The notes under the pieces: generated by a model | What the model was told of the DNA's origin: nothing | Databases searched by the model: none | The model's input: the letters and a program-made list of their open reading frames with translations, nothing else | Position numbers and translations under genes: made by a program | Source of the DNA: an uncultured Gemmatimonadales bacterium | GTDB taxonomy: Bacteria; Gemmatimonadota; Gemmatimonadetes; Palauibacterales; Palauibacteraceae | Assembly: GCA_963783385.1 (NCBI GenBank) | Contig: CAWANJ010000006.1 | Span: 384,001-448,000 of the forward strand | Direction: 5' to 3' | DNA: 64,000 bases | Shown: piece after piece, positions 9,881 to 18,018 of the stretch | Layout: every line of letters begins with the position of its first letter | Numbering within the stretch: position 1 is the stretch's first letter

Positions 9881-10222
9881 CTACAGGCGGTAACGAGCCT
9901 TCATGTCCTGGTAGCGGCCGAACGCCTTGCGGTCCAGCTCCGGGCGCAGATAGGCATCGAGCAGGGGGACGAGCTGCTCGCGGAGGAAGACCCCCCGGGC
10001 CATCCACTGAAAGTAGCGGCGGCCACTGTGGTGATAGGGCCCGTAAAGCTTCCCGCCCGGAAACGCGTCCTCGATCCAGCGAAACAGCGTCTCGTGGTCC
10101 GTGTGCATGCGGAGGGTCACCTGCGGCTGGCGGCCGTCCCCCCCGAAATGGCCCTCTCCGACGAGGACGCCGAGGAGGAACCCGCGCCGAAACTCCTCCG
10201 AGTGGACCGCCTCCGGCGTCAT
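9881..10222 (-). CDS. Small LAGLIDADG-like domain protein
   Basis: GFLLGVLVGEGHF helix followed by an alternating beta/alpha pattern; GGAGG RBS upstream; host-like codon usage. Confidence 0.65.
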   Translation of the reverse strand: MTPEAVHSEEFRRGFLLGVLVGEGHFGGDGRQPQVTLRMHTDHETLFRWIEDAFPGGKLYGPYHHSGRRYFQWMARGVFLREQLVPLLDAYLRPELDRKAFGRYQDMKARYRL

Positions 10223-10252
10223 CCCCCATCCTCCCTGGTTGTTTCACCGTAA

Positions 10253-10268
10253 GGTTTCCCGTGCAACA
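10253..10268. other. Degenerate parS-like site
   Basis: GGTTTCCCGTGCAACA, 3 mismatches to TGTTTCACGTGAAACA. Confidence 0.45.
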
Positions 10269-10377
10269 GCTTCCGGGGGACCGGGCGGCCGCGCAAGGGG
10301 CGGTTCGGAGAGGGCGGGGCAGCCACGTCCGGGGGCGGGAGGCGCCCGGTCCCGCCGCGGGTCCGCGGGGGGGCCGA

Positions 10378-10393
10378 TGTTTAACGTGAAACA
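10378..10393. other. parS: parS centromere site
   Basis: TGTTTAACGTGAAACA, 1 mismatch to the consensus, just upstream of parA. Confidence 0.88.
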
Positions 10394-10529
10394 TGCCCGC
10401 GGGGGCCCGGGGCCGCTTGGCGCGCTCCGGACGCTCCCCGTATATTCGCTCCGGCGGCCCGACGCGCGGGCCCCTCGCCTGCGCGAGCGTCCTCGCCGAG
10501 CGACTCCCGATCCATCCAGCGACCGGTCC

Positions 10530-11315
10530 ATGGCCCGCGTCATAGCTATCGCGAACCAGAAGGGCGGCGTGGGCAAGACCACGACCGCCATCAACCTCGG
10601 TGCTTCCCTCGCGGTGGCCGAGAAGCACACCCTGGTGGTCGATTGCGACCCCCAGGGCAACGCGACCAGCGGCTTCGGGGTTCGCAAGGACGTCGGCGAG
10701 CCCTCGACCTACGACTGCATCGTGGACGGGGTGCCGATCGCGGAGGCCACCCGACGAGAGGTGCACTTCCCCTTCCTCGACGTGGTGCCGGCCAGCCGCG
10801 ACCTGGCCGGGGCGGAGATCGAGCTCATCGACCGGCCCGAGCGCGAGAAGCGGCTCCGGCGGGCGCTGGACGAGGTGCGCGAGGACTACGAGTACATCCT
10901 CATCGACTCGCCCCCGTCCCTGGGGCTCCTGACGCTGAACGCGCTGGCGGCGGCCGACACGGTGCTGATCCCGATCCAGTGCGAGTTCTACGCCCTGGAG
11001 GGGCTCAGCCAGCTCCTCAACACCGTCCGGCTCGTGCAGAGGAACATCAACACCGAGCTGGCGATCGAGGGCGTCCTGCTCACCATGTACGATTCGCGGC
11101 TCAATCTCTCGAAGCAGGTGGCCGAGGAGGCGAGGGAGTACTTCGGCGGCAAGGTGTTCCAGACCATCATCCCGCGGAACATCCGCCTCGCGGAGGCGCC
11201 GAGCTTCGGGAAGCCGATCGCCCTGTACGACGTCCTGTCCACGGGCGCCCGCGGCTATCTCAGCCTCGCCCGGGAGATCATCCGGAAGGACGAGAGGAAG
11301 CGCAAGGTTGGCTAA
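10530..11315 (+). CDS. parA: Chromosome partitioning ATPase ParA/Soj
   Basis: MARVIAIANQKGGVGKTTT, DPQGN, IDSPPSLG, IPRNIRLAEAPSFG; start corrected to ATG 10530. Confidence 0.97.
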   Translation: MARVIAIANQKGGVGKTTTAINLGASLAVAEKHTLVVDCDPQGNATSGFGVRKDVGEPSTYDCIVDGVPIAEATRREVHFPFLDVVPASRDLAGAEIELIDRPEREKRLRRALDEVREDYEYILIDSPPSLGLLTLNALAAADTVLIPIQCEFYALEGLSQLLNTVRLVQRNINTELAIEGVLLTMYDSRLNLSKQVAEEAREYFGGKVFQTIIPRNIRLAEAPSFGKPIALYDVLSTGARGYLSLAREIIRKDERKRKVG

Positions 11316-12207
11316 GGGAGAGAGCCGTCTGGGCAAGGGGCTGGGAGCCCTCCTCGGGGAGTACATGGAGGAGGGCGAGAGCCGGGCCGCCGAGCGCGAG
11401 ATCCCGGTGACCCGGATCCGTCCGAACCCGTTCCAGCCGCGCACCGAGTTCGAGCCGTCGGCGCTGGCCGAGCTGGCCGAGTCCATCCGGGCGAATGGCC
11501 TCCTTCAGCCCCTCGTCGTCCGTCCCTCCGGCGAAGAGTGGGAGATCGTGGCGGGAGAGCGTCGCTGGCGGGCGCTCCAGGAGCTGGGTCGCAAGCGCGC
11601 CCCCGTCATCGTCCGCGAGCTCAGCGACGAGCAGATGCTCGTGCTGGCGCTGGTCGAGAACCTCCAGCGCGAGAGCCTCTCCCCACTCGACGAGGCCCTC
11701 GGGTACCGCCAGCTGCAGGAGGGGTTCGGCCTCACTCAGCAGGAGGTCGCAGAGCGCATCGGACAGGCGAGGTCGACGGTCGCTAACGCATTGCGCCTCT
11801 TGAACTTGCCAGAGTCTATTCGGGCCATGCTGGCCGGCGGCCGGCTCACGGCGGGGCATGGTCGGGCCCTCCTCGGGCTCGAGGACGAGGAGGCGCAGCT
11901 GGCCCTGGCCCGCAAGGTGGTCGCCGACGACCTGTCGGTTCGCGCAACGGAACGGCGGGTGCGTCGTCTCAAGGATGGCGGCGCGGCGAAGACGCGTCGG
12001 CGCCGGGGCCCTTCCGGTCGGCGCGATCCGGTGGCGGACCGGGCGGGACAGATCCTCGAGCGCACGCTGGGGACGCAGGTCAGGGTATCCCTCCGCGGCG
12101 CGGAGGAGGGGGAGATCGGGATCGTGTTCCACGACGCGGACGAGTTCGAGCGGCTCGTGCGGATGATGGCCGGCGAGGACGCGTCCGACCTGTTCGACGG
12201 GTCGTGA
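11308..12207 (+). CDS. parB: ParB/Spo0J partition protein
   Basis: LGKGLGALL, PNPFQPR, IVAGERRWRA, ENLQRE, HTH region RSTVANALRLL. Confidence 0.97.
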   Translation: MAKGESRLGKGLGALLGEYMEEGESRAAEREIPVTRIRPNPFQPRTEFEPSALAELAESIRANGLLQPLVVRPSGEEWEIVAGERRWRALQELGRKRAPVIVRELSDEQMLVLALVENLQRESLSPLDEALGYRQLQEGFGLTQQEVAERIGQARSTVANALRLLNLPESIRAMLAGGRLTAGHGRALLGLEDEEAQLALARKVVADDLSVRATERRVRRLKDGGAAKTRRRRGPSGRRDPVADRAGQILERTLGTQVRVSLRGAEEGEIGIVFHDADEFERLVRMMAGEDASDLFDGS

Positions 12208-12214
12208 GACGACG

Positions 12215-13000
12215 GTGAGCGATCCGCGAGGCGCCAGCTGGACGGTGGTGCTGCTCAGGCGGGGCGGCATGACCTCCCGGTCCTGGCAGCTCGGACGCCG
12301 GCGCGTCCTGCTGGTCGGGGGGGCCGTGGTCCTGGTGGTCCTCGTGCTGGGGGGCGGCGCCGGTTACCTGTGGGGGGCGCACGTGCGCTCGGCCGTCGAG
12401 GCGAGACTGCAGGCCCGCGTCGAGCGCTTCGACCGCGACCGGGCCAAGATCGTCGCGCTGGCGGCCCGACTCGACAGTGTCGCGGGGGCGTACGATCGCC
12501 TGCGGCGGGTGATGGGAGGCGCGGAGGGCAAGTCGGACGAGGACGTGAACCTGCCCCCGGCGACGCCGGAGGAGGAGACGCCCCCGCCGGCCGTCGCCCG
12601 GGGAGCGCCGTCGGGGCTGGACTGGCCGCTCGCGCAGCGGGGCTTCGTGACCCGCGTCCACCAGGAGGGCGGCGCCGGGGCCTCGGAAGGCCATCCGGGC
12701 ATGGACATCGCGGTGCCGACGGGCTCGTACGTGCGGGCCGCCGCCCGGGGCGTGGTGTCCGAGGTGGGAGACGACCCGGTGTACGGCCACTACGTGCGCG
12801 TCAGGCACGGTGGTGGCATCGTGACCCTGTACGCCCACAACCTGTGGCTGTTCGTGGCGCGCGGGGATTCGGTCGAGCGAGACGAGGTGATCGCGCTCTC
12901 GGGCAGCTCGGGACGCTCGACGGCGCCCCATTTGCATTTCGAAGTGACCAGGAACGGCCGGTCCATGGATCCGGCGCGGCTTCTGCCGCCCGGGGATTGA
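12215..13000 (+). CDS. Membrane-anchored M23 family endopeptidase
   Basis: TM, coiled coil, HPGMD and STAPHLHFE motifs. Confidence 0.92.
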   Translation: MSDPRGASWTVVLLRRGGMTSRSWQLGRRRVLLVGGAVVLVVLVLGGGAGYLWGAHVRSAVEARLQARVERFDRDRAKIVALAARLDSVAGAYDRLRRVMGGAEGKSDEDVNLPPATPEEETPPPAVARGAPSGLDWPLAQRGFVTRVHQEGGAGASEGHPGMDIAVPTGSYVRAAARGVVSEVGDDPVYGHYVRVRHGGGIVTLYAHNLWLFVARGDSVERDEVIALSGSSGRSTAPHLHFEVTRNGRSMDPARLLPPGD

Positions 13001-13030
13001 CCGGCGGTTCGGCAAGAGGAGGGGCAGAGG

Positions 13031-13459
13031 ATGGTGAATCGAGCATTGGGACGGATCGAGGGCCGCGAGGCCAGCGACGTGGTCTCGATCATCGGGCCCG
13101 GCATGACGGTGACGGGCGATTGCGACACGGACGGGACGCTGCGCGTGGAGGGGACCGTCCAGGGCGGCGTGCGCGCCGCCAAGGCGGTCGTCGTCGGCAA
13201 GGGCGGAACGATCCGCGGGGACATCGACACACAGGACGCCGTGGTCGCGGGCCGCGTGACCGGGAGCATCACGGCCGCCAGCCGCGTGGAGCTCCAGGCC
13301 GGGTGCCGGGTCGAGGGGGACATCCACAGTCGCCGCGTGAAGCTCGAGGAGGGCGGAGTCGTGGACGGTCGCCTCGAGATGGGCGACAGGGCCGGGCGGA
13401 CGGCGACTTCTCCACACTCGGGCGCCAGCGTGGCCCGCGCGGGAGGAGAGGCGGGGTGA
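13031..13459 (+). CDS. Bactofilin (polymer-forming cytoskeletal protein)
   Basis: [12 protein letters not shown]...LRVEGTVQG...VEGDI beta-helix repeats. Confidence 0.93.
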   Translation: MVNRALGRIEGREASDVVSIIGPGMTVTGDCDTDGTLRVEGTVQGGVRAAKAVVVGKGGTIRGDIDTQDAVVAGRVTGSITAASRVELQAGCRVEGDIHSRRVKLEEGGVVDGRLEMGDRAGRTATSPHSGASVARAGGEAG

Positions 13460-13484
13460 GTTTTCCACACCCCACGGGGAAAAC
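13460..13484. promoter_or_regulatory. Inverted pair of DnaA-box-like sites
   Basis: TTTTCCACA at 13461-13469 (fits TTWTNCACA) and CGGGGAAAA on the opposite strand; GTTTTCC/GGAAAAC inverted repeat. Confidence 0.5.
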
Positions 13485-13511
13485 GTCAGCCTGCCAAATC
13501 GGCGGGTCCCG

Positions 13512-14636
13512 ATGAGCGCCTCGCCCTTCCTGTCGGGCCGTCCGATCGCGCCCGACCCCATTGCCGGCGGGGAGACCGCCGCCGAGCTCATCGAACGCAC
13601 TTTCCTCGCCTACAACGCGGCGCGCCTCAGGGAAGCTTGCCGGCTCCTGACCGAGAAGATGCTCCGCCCCGACGTCACGGTGGGGATGAGCCTCACGGGA
13701 GCCCTCACGCCCGCTGGCCTCGGGATGGCCGCCCTCATCCCGCTCGTGCGGGCCGGGTTCGTCGACTGGGTCGTGTCCACGGGGGCCAACCTCTATCATG
13801 ACACCCACTTCGGACTCGGCCTCTCGATGCGCCGGGGTCGCCACGACGTGAGCGACGTGTCCCTGCGCGACGAGGGGGTCGTCCGCATCTACGACATCTT
13901 CTTCTCCTATGACGTCCTGCTGTCGACCGACGCCTTCTTCCGCGAAGTGATCCGGCAGGAGGAGTTCCAGCACACCATGTCGAGCGCCGAATTCCACTGG
14001 AGACTGGGACGCTACGTGGCCGAGAGGGAGACCGCCCTGGGCATCGAGGGCAAGTCCTTCCTGGCCGCGTGCCACCGGGCGGGCGTGCCCGTGTACACCT
14101 CCTCGCCCGGCGACAGCTCGATCGGGATGAACCTGGCGGCGACGCGGCTGGAAGGAGGCTCCTGCATCCTCGATTCCTCCCTGGACGTGAACGAGACCGC
14201 GTCGATCGTGCTGGGCGCCAAGCGCGACGGGGGCAAGAGCGCCGTCGCGATCATGGGGGGAGGCAGCCCCAAGAACTTCATGCTGCAGACCGAGCCTCAG
14301 ATCCAGGAGGTCCTCGGCATCGAGGAGCGCGGGCACGATTACTTTCTGCAGGTCACCGACGCGCGGCCCGACACGGGCGGCCTGTCCGGCGCCACCCCGG
14401 GGGAGGCGGTGAGCTGGGGCAAGGTCGATCCCGAGAGGTTGCCGGACGCGGTCGTGTGCTATACGGACGTGACGCTCGCCCTTCCCCTCCTCACGAGCTA
14501 CGCCCTGACCCGGCACGAGCCCCGGCCCCTGCGACGCCTGTACGACCGGCGCGAAGAGCTGCTCGGACGCCTGGAAGAGGAGTACGGGGCCGCGGGCGGC
14601 GAGGCGCCGTCGGAGGGTGCCCGGGGCGAGGCCTGA
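13512..14636 (+). CDS. Deoxyhypusine synthase-like (homospermidine pathway) protein
   Basis: [34 protein letters not shown] with the catalytic Lys retained. Confidence 0.92.
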   Translation: MSASPFLSGRPIAPDPIAGGETAAELIERTFLAYNAARLREACRLLTEKMLRPDVTVGMSLTGALTPAGLGMAALIPLVRAGFVDWVVSTGANLYHDTHFGLGLSMRRGRHDVSDVSLRDEGVVRIYDIFFSYDVLLSTDAFFREVIRQEEFQHTMSSAEFHWRLGRYVAERETALGIEGKSFLAACHRAGVPVYTSSPGDSSIGMNLAATRLEGGSCILDSSLDVNETASIVLGAKRDGGKSAVAIMGGGSPKNFMLQTEPQIQEVLGIEERGHDYFLQVTDARPDTGGLSGATPGEAVSWGKVDPERLPDAVVCYTDVTLALPLLTSYALTRHEPRPLRRLYDRREELLGRLEEEYGAAGGEAPSEGARGEA

Positions 14637-14652
14637 GAGAGCGAGGCGAGCG

Positions 14653-15600
14653 GTGTCGGATCTCTACATCCGCGCCCTGATCTTCGCCGGCGGCCTGGCG
14701 GCGCTGACCCTCGGGGCCGACTGCCTGGTGCGTGGGGGCTCGCGCCTGGCCGGGCGGTTCGGCCTGCCCCCACTCGTCATCGGACTCACCGTCGTCGCCT
14801 TCGGCACGTCGGCGCCCGAGCTGGTCGTGTCGGGCGGAGCTGCCCTGCGAGGCGAGCCGGGACTGGCGCTCGGAAACGTCATGGGGTCCACGGTCGCCAA
14901 CGTGGGGCTCATCGTCGGCCTCGGAGCGCTCATCCGCCCCATCGACGTCCACCGCCGGCTTCTCGTGCGCGAGAGTCCCCTGCTCGTCTTCGTCCTCGCC
15001 ATCGTGGTCGTCCTCTCCTGGAACGACGCGCTCGGACGGCTGGACGGTCTCGCACTCGTCACCGGCTTCGCCATTTACCTCTTCTTCCTGGTCCGCTGGG
15101 GCCGGGGTGATGAGAGCGGCGCCGCCCACCGGGAGGGCGGCGCCGAAGGGGAAGCGCGCTCCACGGGGCGGGACGTGGGGCTCACCCTGGTCGGACTGGC
15201 GGCGCTGCTGTTCGGCGCGCACTTCGTGCTGGAGAGCGCGGTCGACATGGCGCGTGCCTACCACGTACCCCAGGCCGTCATCGGCGCCAGCATGGTGGCC
15301 GTCGGAACCTCCCTCCCGGAGCTGGCCTCGACGGTGGCGGCGGCCTTCCGCGGACTGGGCGACATCGCGATCGGCAACATCATCGGCTCCAACGTCTTCA
15401 ATCTGGGCTTCGTGCTCGGTACGGCCGCCCTGCTGCGTCCCCTGCAGCTCCCGCCGCTGGCGGTGGCCCGCATGGTCGGGCCCGCCCTGCTGTTCTCCGT
15501 TCTGCTGGTGCCCCTGGCCTACACGGGCATGCGCGTGGAGCGGTGGGAGGGGCTCCTCCTCCTGGTGGGCTACCTGGGCTTCCTGTACTGGATCTTCTGA
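14653..15600 (+). CDS. Calcium/sodium antiporter (YrbG family)
   Basis: Two alpha repeats, GTSAPEL and GTSLPEL; GNIIGSNVFN; GTG start 14653. Confidence 0.92.
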   Translation: MSDLYIRALIFAGGLAALTLGADCLVRGGSRLAGRFGLPPLVIGLTVVAFGTSAPELVVSGGAALRGEPGLALGNVMGSTVANVGLIVGLGALIRPIDVHRRLLVRESPLLVFVLAIVVVLSWNDALGRLDGLALVTGFAIYLFFLVRWGRGDESGAAHREGGAEGEARSTGRDVGLTLVGLAALLFGAHFVLESAVDMARAYHVPQAVIGASMVAVGTSLPELASTVAAAFRGLGDIAIGNIIGSNVFNLGFVLGTAALLRPLQLPPLAVARMVGPALLFSVLLVPLAYTGMRVERWEGLLLLVGYLGFLYWIF

Positions 15601-15692
15601 GCGCACGCCCGAGACAGCGCCAGGTGTCTCCGCTTTTCGTCATCACAAAGCGGGCCGCGGAGCCGCCGGCGGGCCCCTCCGGCCGGCCGGGC

Positions 15693-15722
15693 TTGTAAAG
15701 CATTCTACGTAAAGCGTATCCT
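15693..15722 (+). promoter_or_regulatory. Promoter/operator of the AbrB-PIN pair, probably giving a leaderless transcript
   Basis: TTGTAA-N18-TATCCT ending 7 nt before the ATG at 15729; contains GTAAAGC twice; no SD. Confidence 0.55.
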
Positions 15723-15728
15723 CTGTTC

Positions 15729-15989
15729 ATGGCCACCTCCGTCAAGATGAGCAGCAAGCACCAGATCGTAGTCCCGAAGGAGGCCCGCGAGGCGCTGGGG
15801 CTGGAGGCCGGCGACCGGCTGGTCGTGACGGTGCGGGACGACGGCGTGATCGAGATGGAGCCCGAGCCGCACGACCTGGTCGAGGAGCTGGCCGGGATCC
15901 TGTCGGCGGCGGTCCCGGAAAGCGGCGCGACCCCGGCCGGGTCGCCGGGCCGGGACGACGGCCTGTGGCCGGAGCTCCGGGACGCGTGA
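15729..15989 (+). CDS. AbrB/MazE/SpoVT family DNA-binding protein (antitoxin-like)
   Basis: VKMSSKHQIVVPKEAREALGLEAGDRL signature. Confidence 0.9.
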   Translation: MATSVKMSSKHQIVVPKEAREALGLEAGDRLVVTVRDDGVIEMEPEPHDLVEELAGILSAAVPESGATPAGSPGRDDGLWPELRDA

Positions 15990-16047
15990 TGGGATTCCCC
16001 CGTCTCCGTCATCCCCGGCCGGGCGCCATGATGGCCGCGGCGCGCGA

Positions 16048-16527
16048 GTGAGCCTCCGGGCGAGGTTCACCGACCGCCTCGAGGAGGCCCGCCGGGTACA
16101 CGTCGACGCCCGGGTGCTGGCCTACCACCTGCTCGGGCGCCCGCCCTACGCCAACCTGGCGCGCCTGCTCCTGGACGGCGTGCGCTCGGGGAGGATCGAG
16201 GCCCAGACCTCCTCCCTGTCCCTGTATCAGCTGCTCGCCGAGCCGTACCGCACCGGTTCCGAGGAGGCCGCCGGCCGCGTGGCCCGGTACGTCTCGGCCT
16301 TTCCGGGCCTGGACATGGTGCCGGTAGGGGCGTCGGTGGCGCGGCAGGCGGCCCAGGTTCAGGCGCGGCTCGGGGGCCGGCCGGAACGCTCGATCCAGGT
16401 GGCCACGGCCCTGGCCGGCGCCGCGGACCTGTTCGTCACGCGCGGGAGCGGCCTCCGGCGCGTCGCGGGAATGGAAGTGCTCGACCTGGACGACTACCTG
16501 CAGCCGGCCGACCGCCCGGGAGCCTGA
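16048..16527 (+). CDS. PIN domain (VapC-like) protein with degenerate active site
   Basis: VHVDARVLAY...SSLSLYQLL...SIQVATA...LFVTRG aligns to the PIN fold; follows the AbrB gene. Confidence 0.8.
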   Translation: MSLRARFTDRLEEARRVHVDARVLAYHLLGRPPYANLARLLLDGVRSGRIEAQTSSLSLYQLLAEPYRTGSEEAAGRVARYVSAFPGLDMVPVGASVARQAAQVQARLGGRPERSIQVATALAGAADLFVTRGSGLRRVAGMEVLDLDDYLQPADRPGA

Positions 16528-16584
16528 GCCGGAGCCGCACCCCGCGGCCCGGACACGGCCGCCGGCCCGCCGCCGGCGTCCCGA

Positions 16585-17835
16585 TCAGTCCAGCAGCCTG
16601 AACAAGAGGCCCGACGGGATCTTGGGCCAGAAGTAGGTGCTCTTGGGCGGAAGCCGGTGGCCGCTCCGCGCCAGCTCCCACACCCGGCCCGGCTCGAGGG
16701 GCGGCAGGAGGAAGGCGGCGCCCTCCTTCCCCGCGGCCCGCGACGCCTCCCCGGCGTCCCGGTGATAGGAGAGCAGGCCGCTGCGCACCGCCTCGTCCGG
16801 ACCGGCGCCGAAGCCGCCGCGCAACACGAGCCGGTCGAACAGGACCGCCGCCGGTGGGGCCTCGAGGCCGGACCGCTCGAGCGCGTCGGACCTCGCGCGA
16901 AGGCGCCAGGCGCCCTCCGGCGTAGCGGCCACCAGCTCCCCGGACCGGGCTCGACGGGCGGCCTCGGGCAGGGCTCGCTCGCCCCCCGACCCCAGCGCTT
17001 CGAGGACGAACGCGGGCTCGAGGATGGACCGCCAGCCGACCGCTCCCGACGGAGGGCGGCGCAGCACCCGGTGGGTCGGAAGGATGACCAGGCCCGGGTC
17101 GCGCTCGCCCACCACGCAGGCGAGCACGCTCGATGCCCCGCGGGGCGCCGCGGTATCGGCCGCGAGGGCGAGCGAGGTCTCGTAGCGGTGGTGTCCATCC
17201 GCCACGAGCAGCGGGAGCGCCCCGGCCGCTCCGAGGAGCCGGGTCTCGCCACCGGACGGCACCCGCCACAGGACGTGGAGGATCCCGTCCTCGGTTCGGG
17301 CACGGAGCACGGGCCCCCGCCGGGCCGCCGCCTCGCGGGCCGATGCCAGCGCCCGCTCCAGGTCTCCCGCGGGGTCGCGGGCCACCAGGAAGATGGGCGA
17401 GAGCTGGGCGCGGCAGGCCCGCATGAGGGCCAGGCGGTCCTCCCTGGGCCCCGGGTGGGTCTCCTCGTGGGGCAGCACCTGCCCCTCCGCGAACGGGCTC
17501 GCCTCGAGCGCGGCGACGATCGCCGTACGCGTGAGGGTGCCGGATGCGTCCCCGGGCACCGGAAAGCCCTGATCGTACAGGTAGACGGTCGGCTCCGGGT
17601 CCGTGGCCAGGATGCCCTCGTCGAGCCAGGTGCGCAGCTGGTCGGCGGCCAGTCCGTACCGGTCGGGGACGGGGCCCTCGGGCAGCACGAGCCGCACAGC
17701 GTTGTGTGGACCGAGCTCGCGTAGCGCCGCGGCCCGCTCGGGCCCGATCACGTCGTAGGGCGGCGCCAGGAGCCGTTCCGGCTCTCCGGCCGCGGCGGTG
17801 AAACGCGTCGCCTGGAAGGGGTGGAGTCGGGGCAT
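16585..17835 (-). CDS. DUF1015 family protein
   Basis: PPYDVI, LPHEET, VADGHHRYE, LPPKSTYFWPK; start ATG 17835. Confidence 0.9.
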   Translation of the reverse strand: MPRLHPFQATRFTAAAGEPERLLAPPYDVIGPERAAALRELGPHNAVRLVLPEGPVPDRYGLAADQLRTWLDEGILATDPEPTVYLYDQGFPVPGDASGTLTRTAIVAALEASPFAEGQVLPHEETHPGPREDRLALMRACRAQLSPIFLVARDPAGDLERALASAREAAARRGPVLRARTEDGILHVLWRVPSGGETRLLGAAGALPLLVADGHHRYETSLALAADTAAPRGASSVLACVVGERDPGLVILPTHRVLRRPPSGAVGWRSILEPAFVLEALGSGGERALPEAARRARSGELVAATPEGAWRLRARSDALERSGLEAPPAAVLFDRLVLRGGFGAGPDEAVRSGLLSYHRDAGEASRAAGKEGAAFLLPPLEPGRVWELARSGHRLPPKSTYFWPKIPSGLLFRLLD

Positions 17836-18018
17836 GCGGGTGTGTCGTCCGTGGCTCGGGGAACCGGGGTCCGCCTTCGGGCCGGGAACGTCGGACGGAC
17901 GGGGCCTCCAGGCAAGCGGCGCGGGCCGTGCCGCCCGGTGCCGCCTCGGCGGTTGCGCCCGCGCGTCCCCGCTCCGAGCATGGAGGCAGCCCACCCTCAC
18001 ACACGGAGACGAAGCTCC

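Noticed and set aside
9881-10222. Mobile intron or intein homing endonuclease
   Set aside because: No interrupted host gene, splice motifs or intron structure flank it, and codon usage is host-like.
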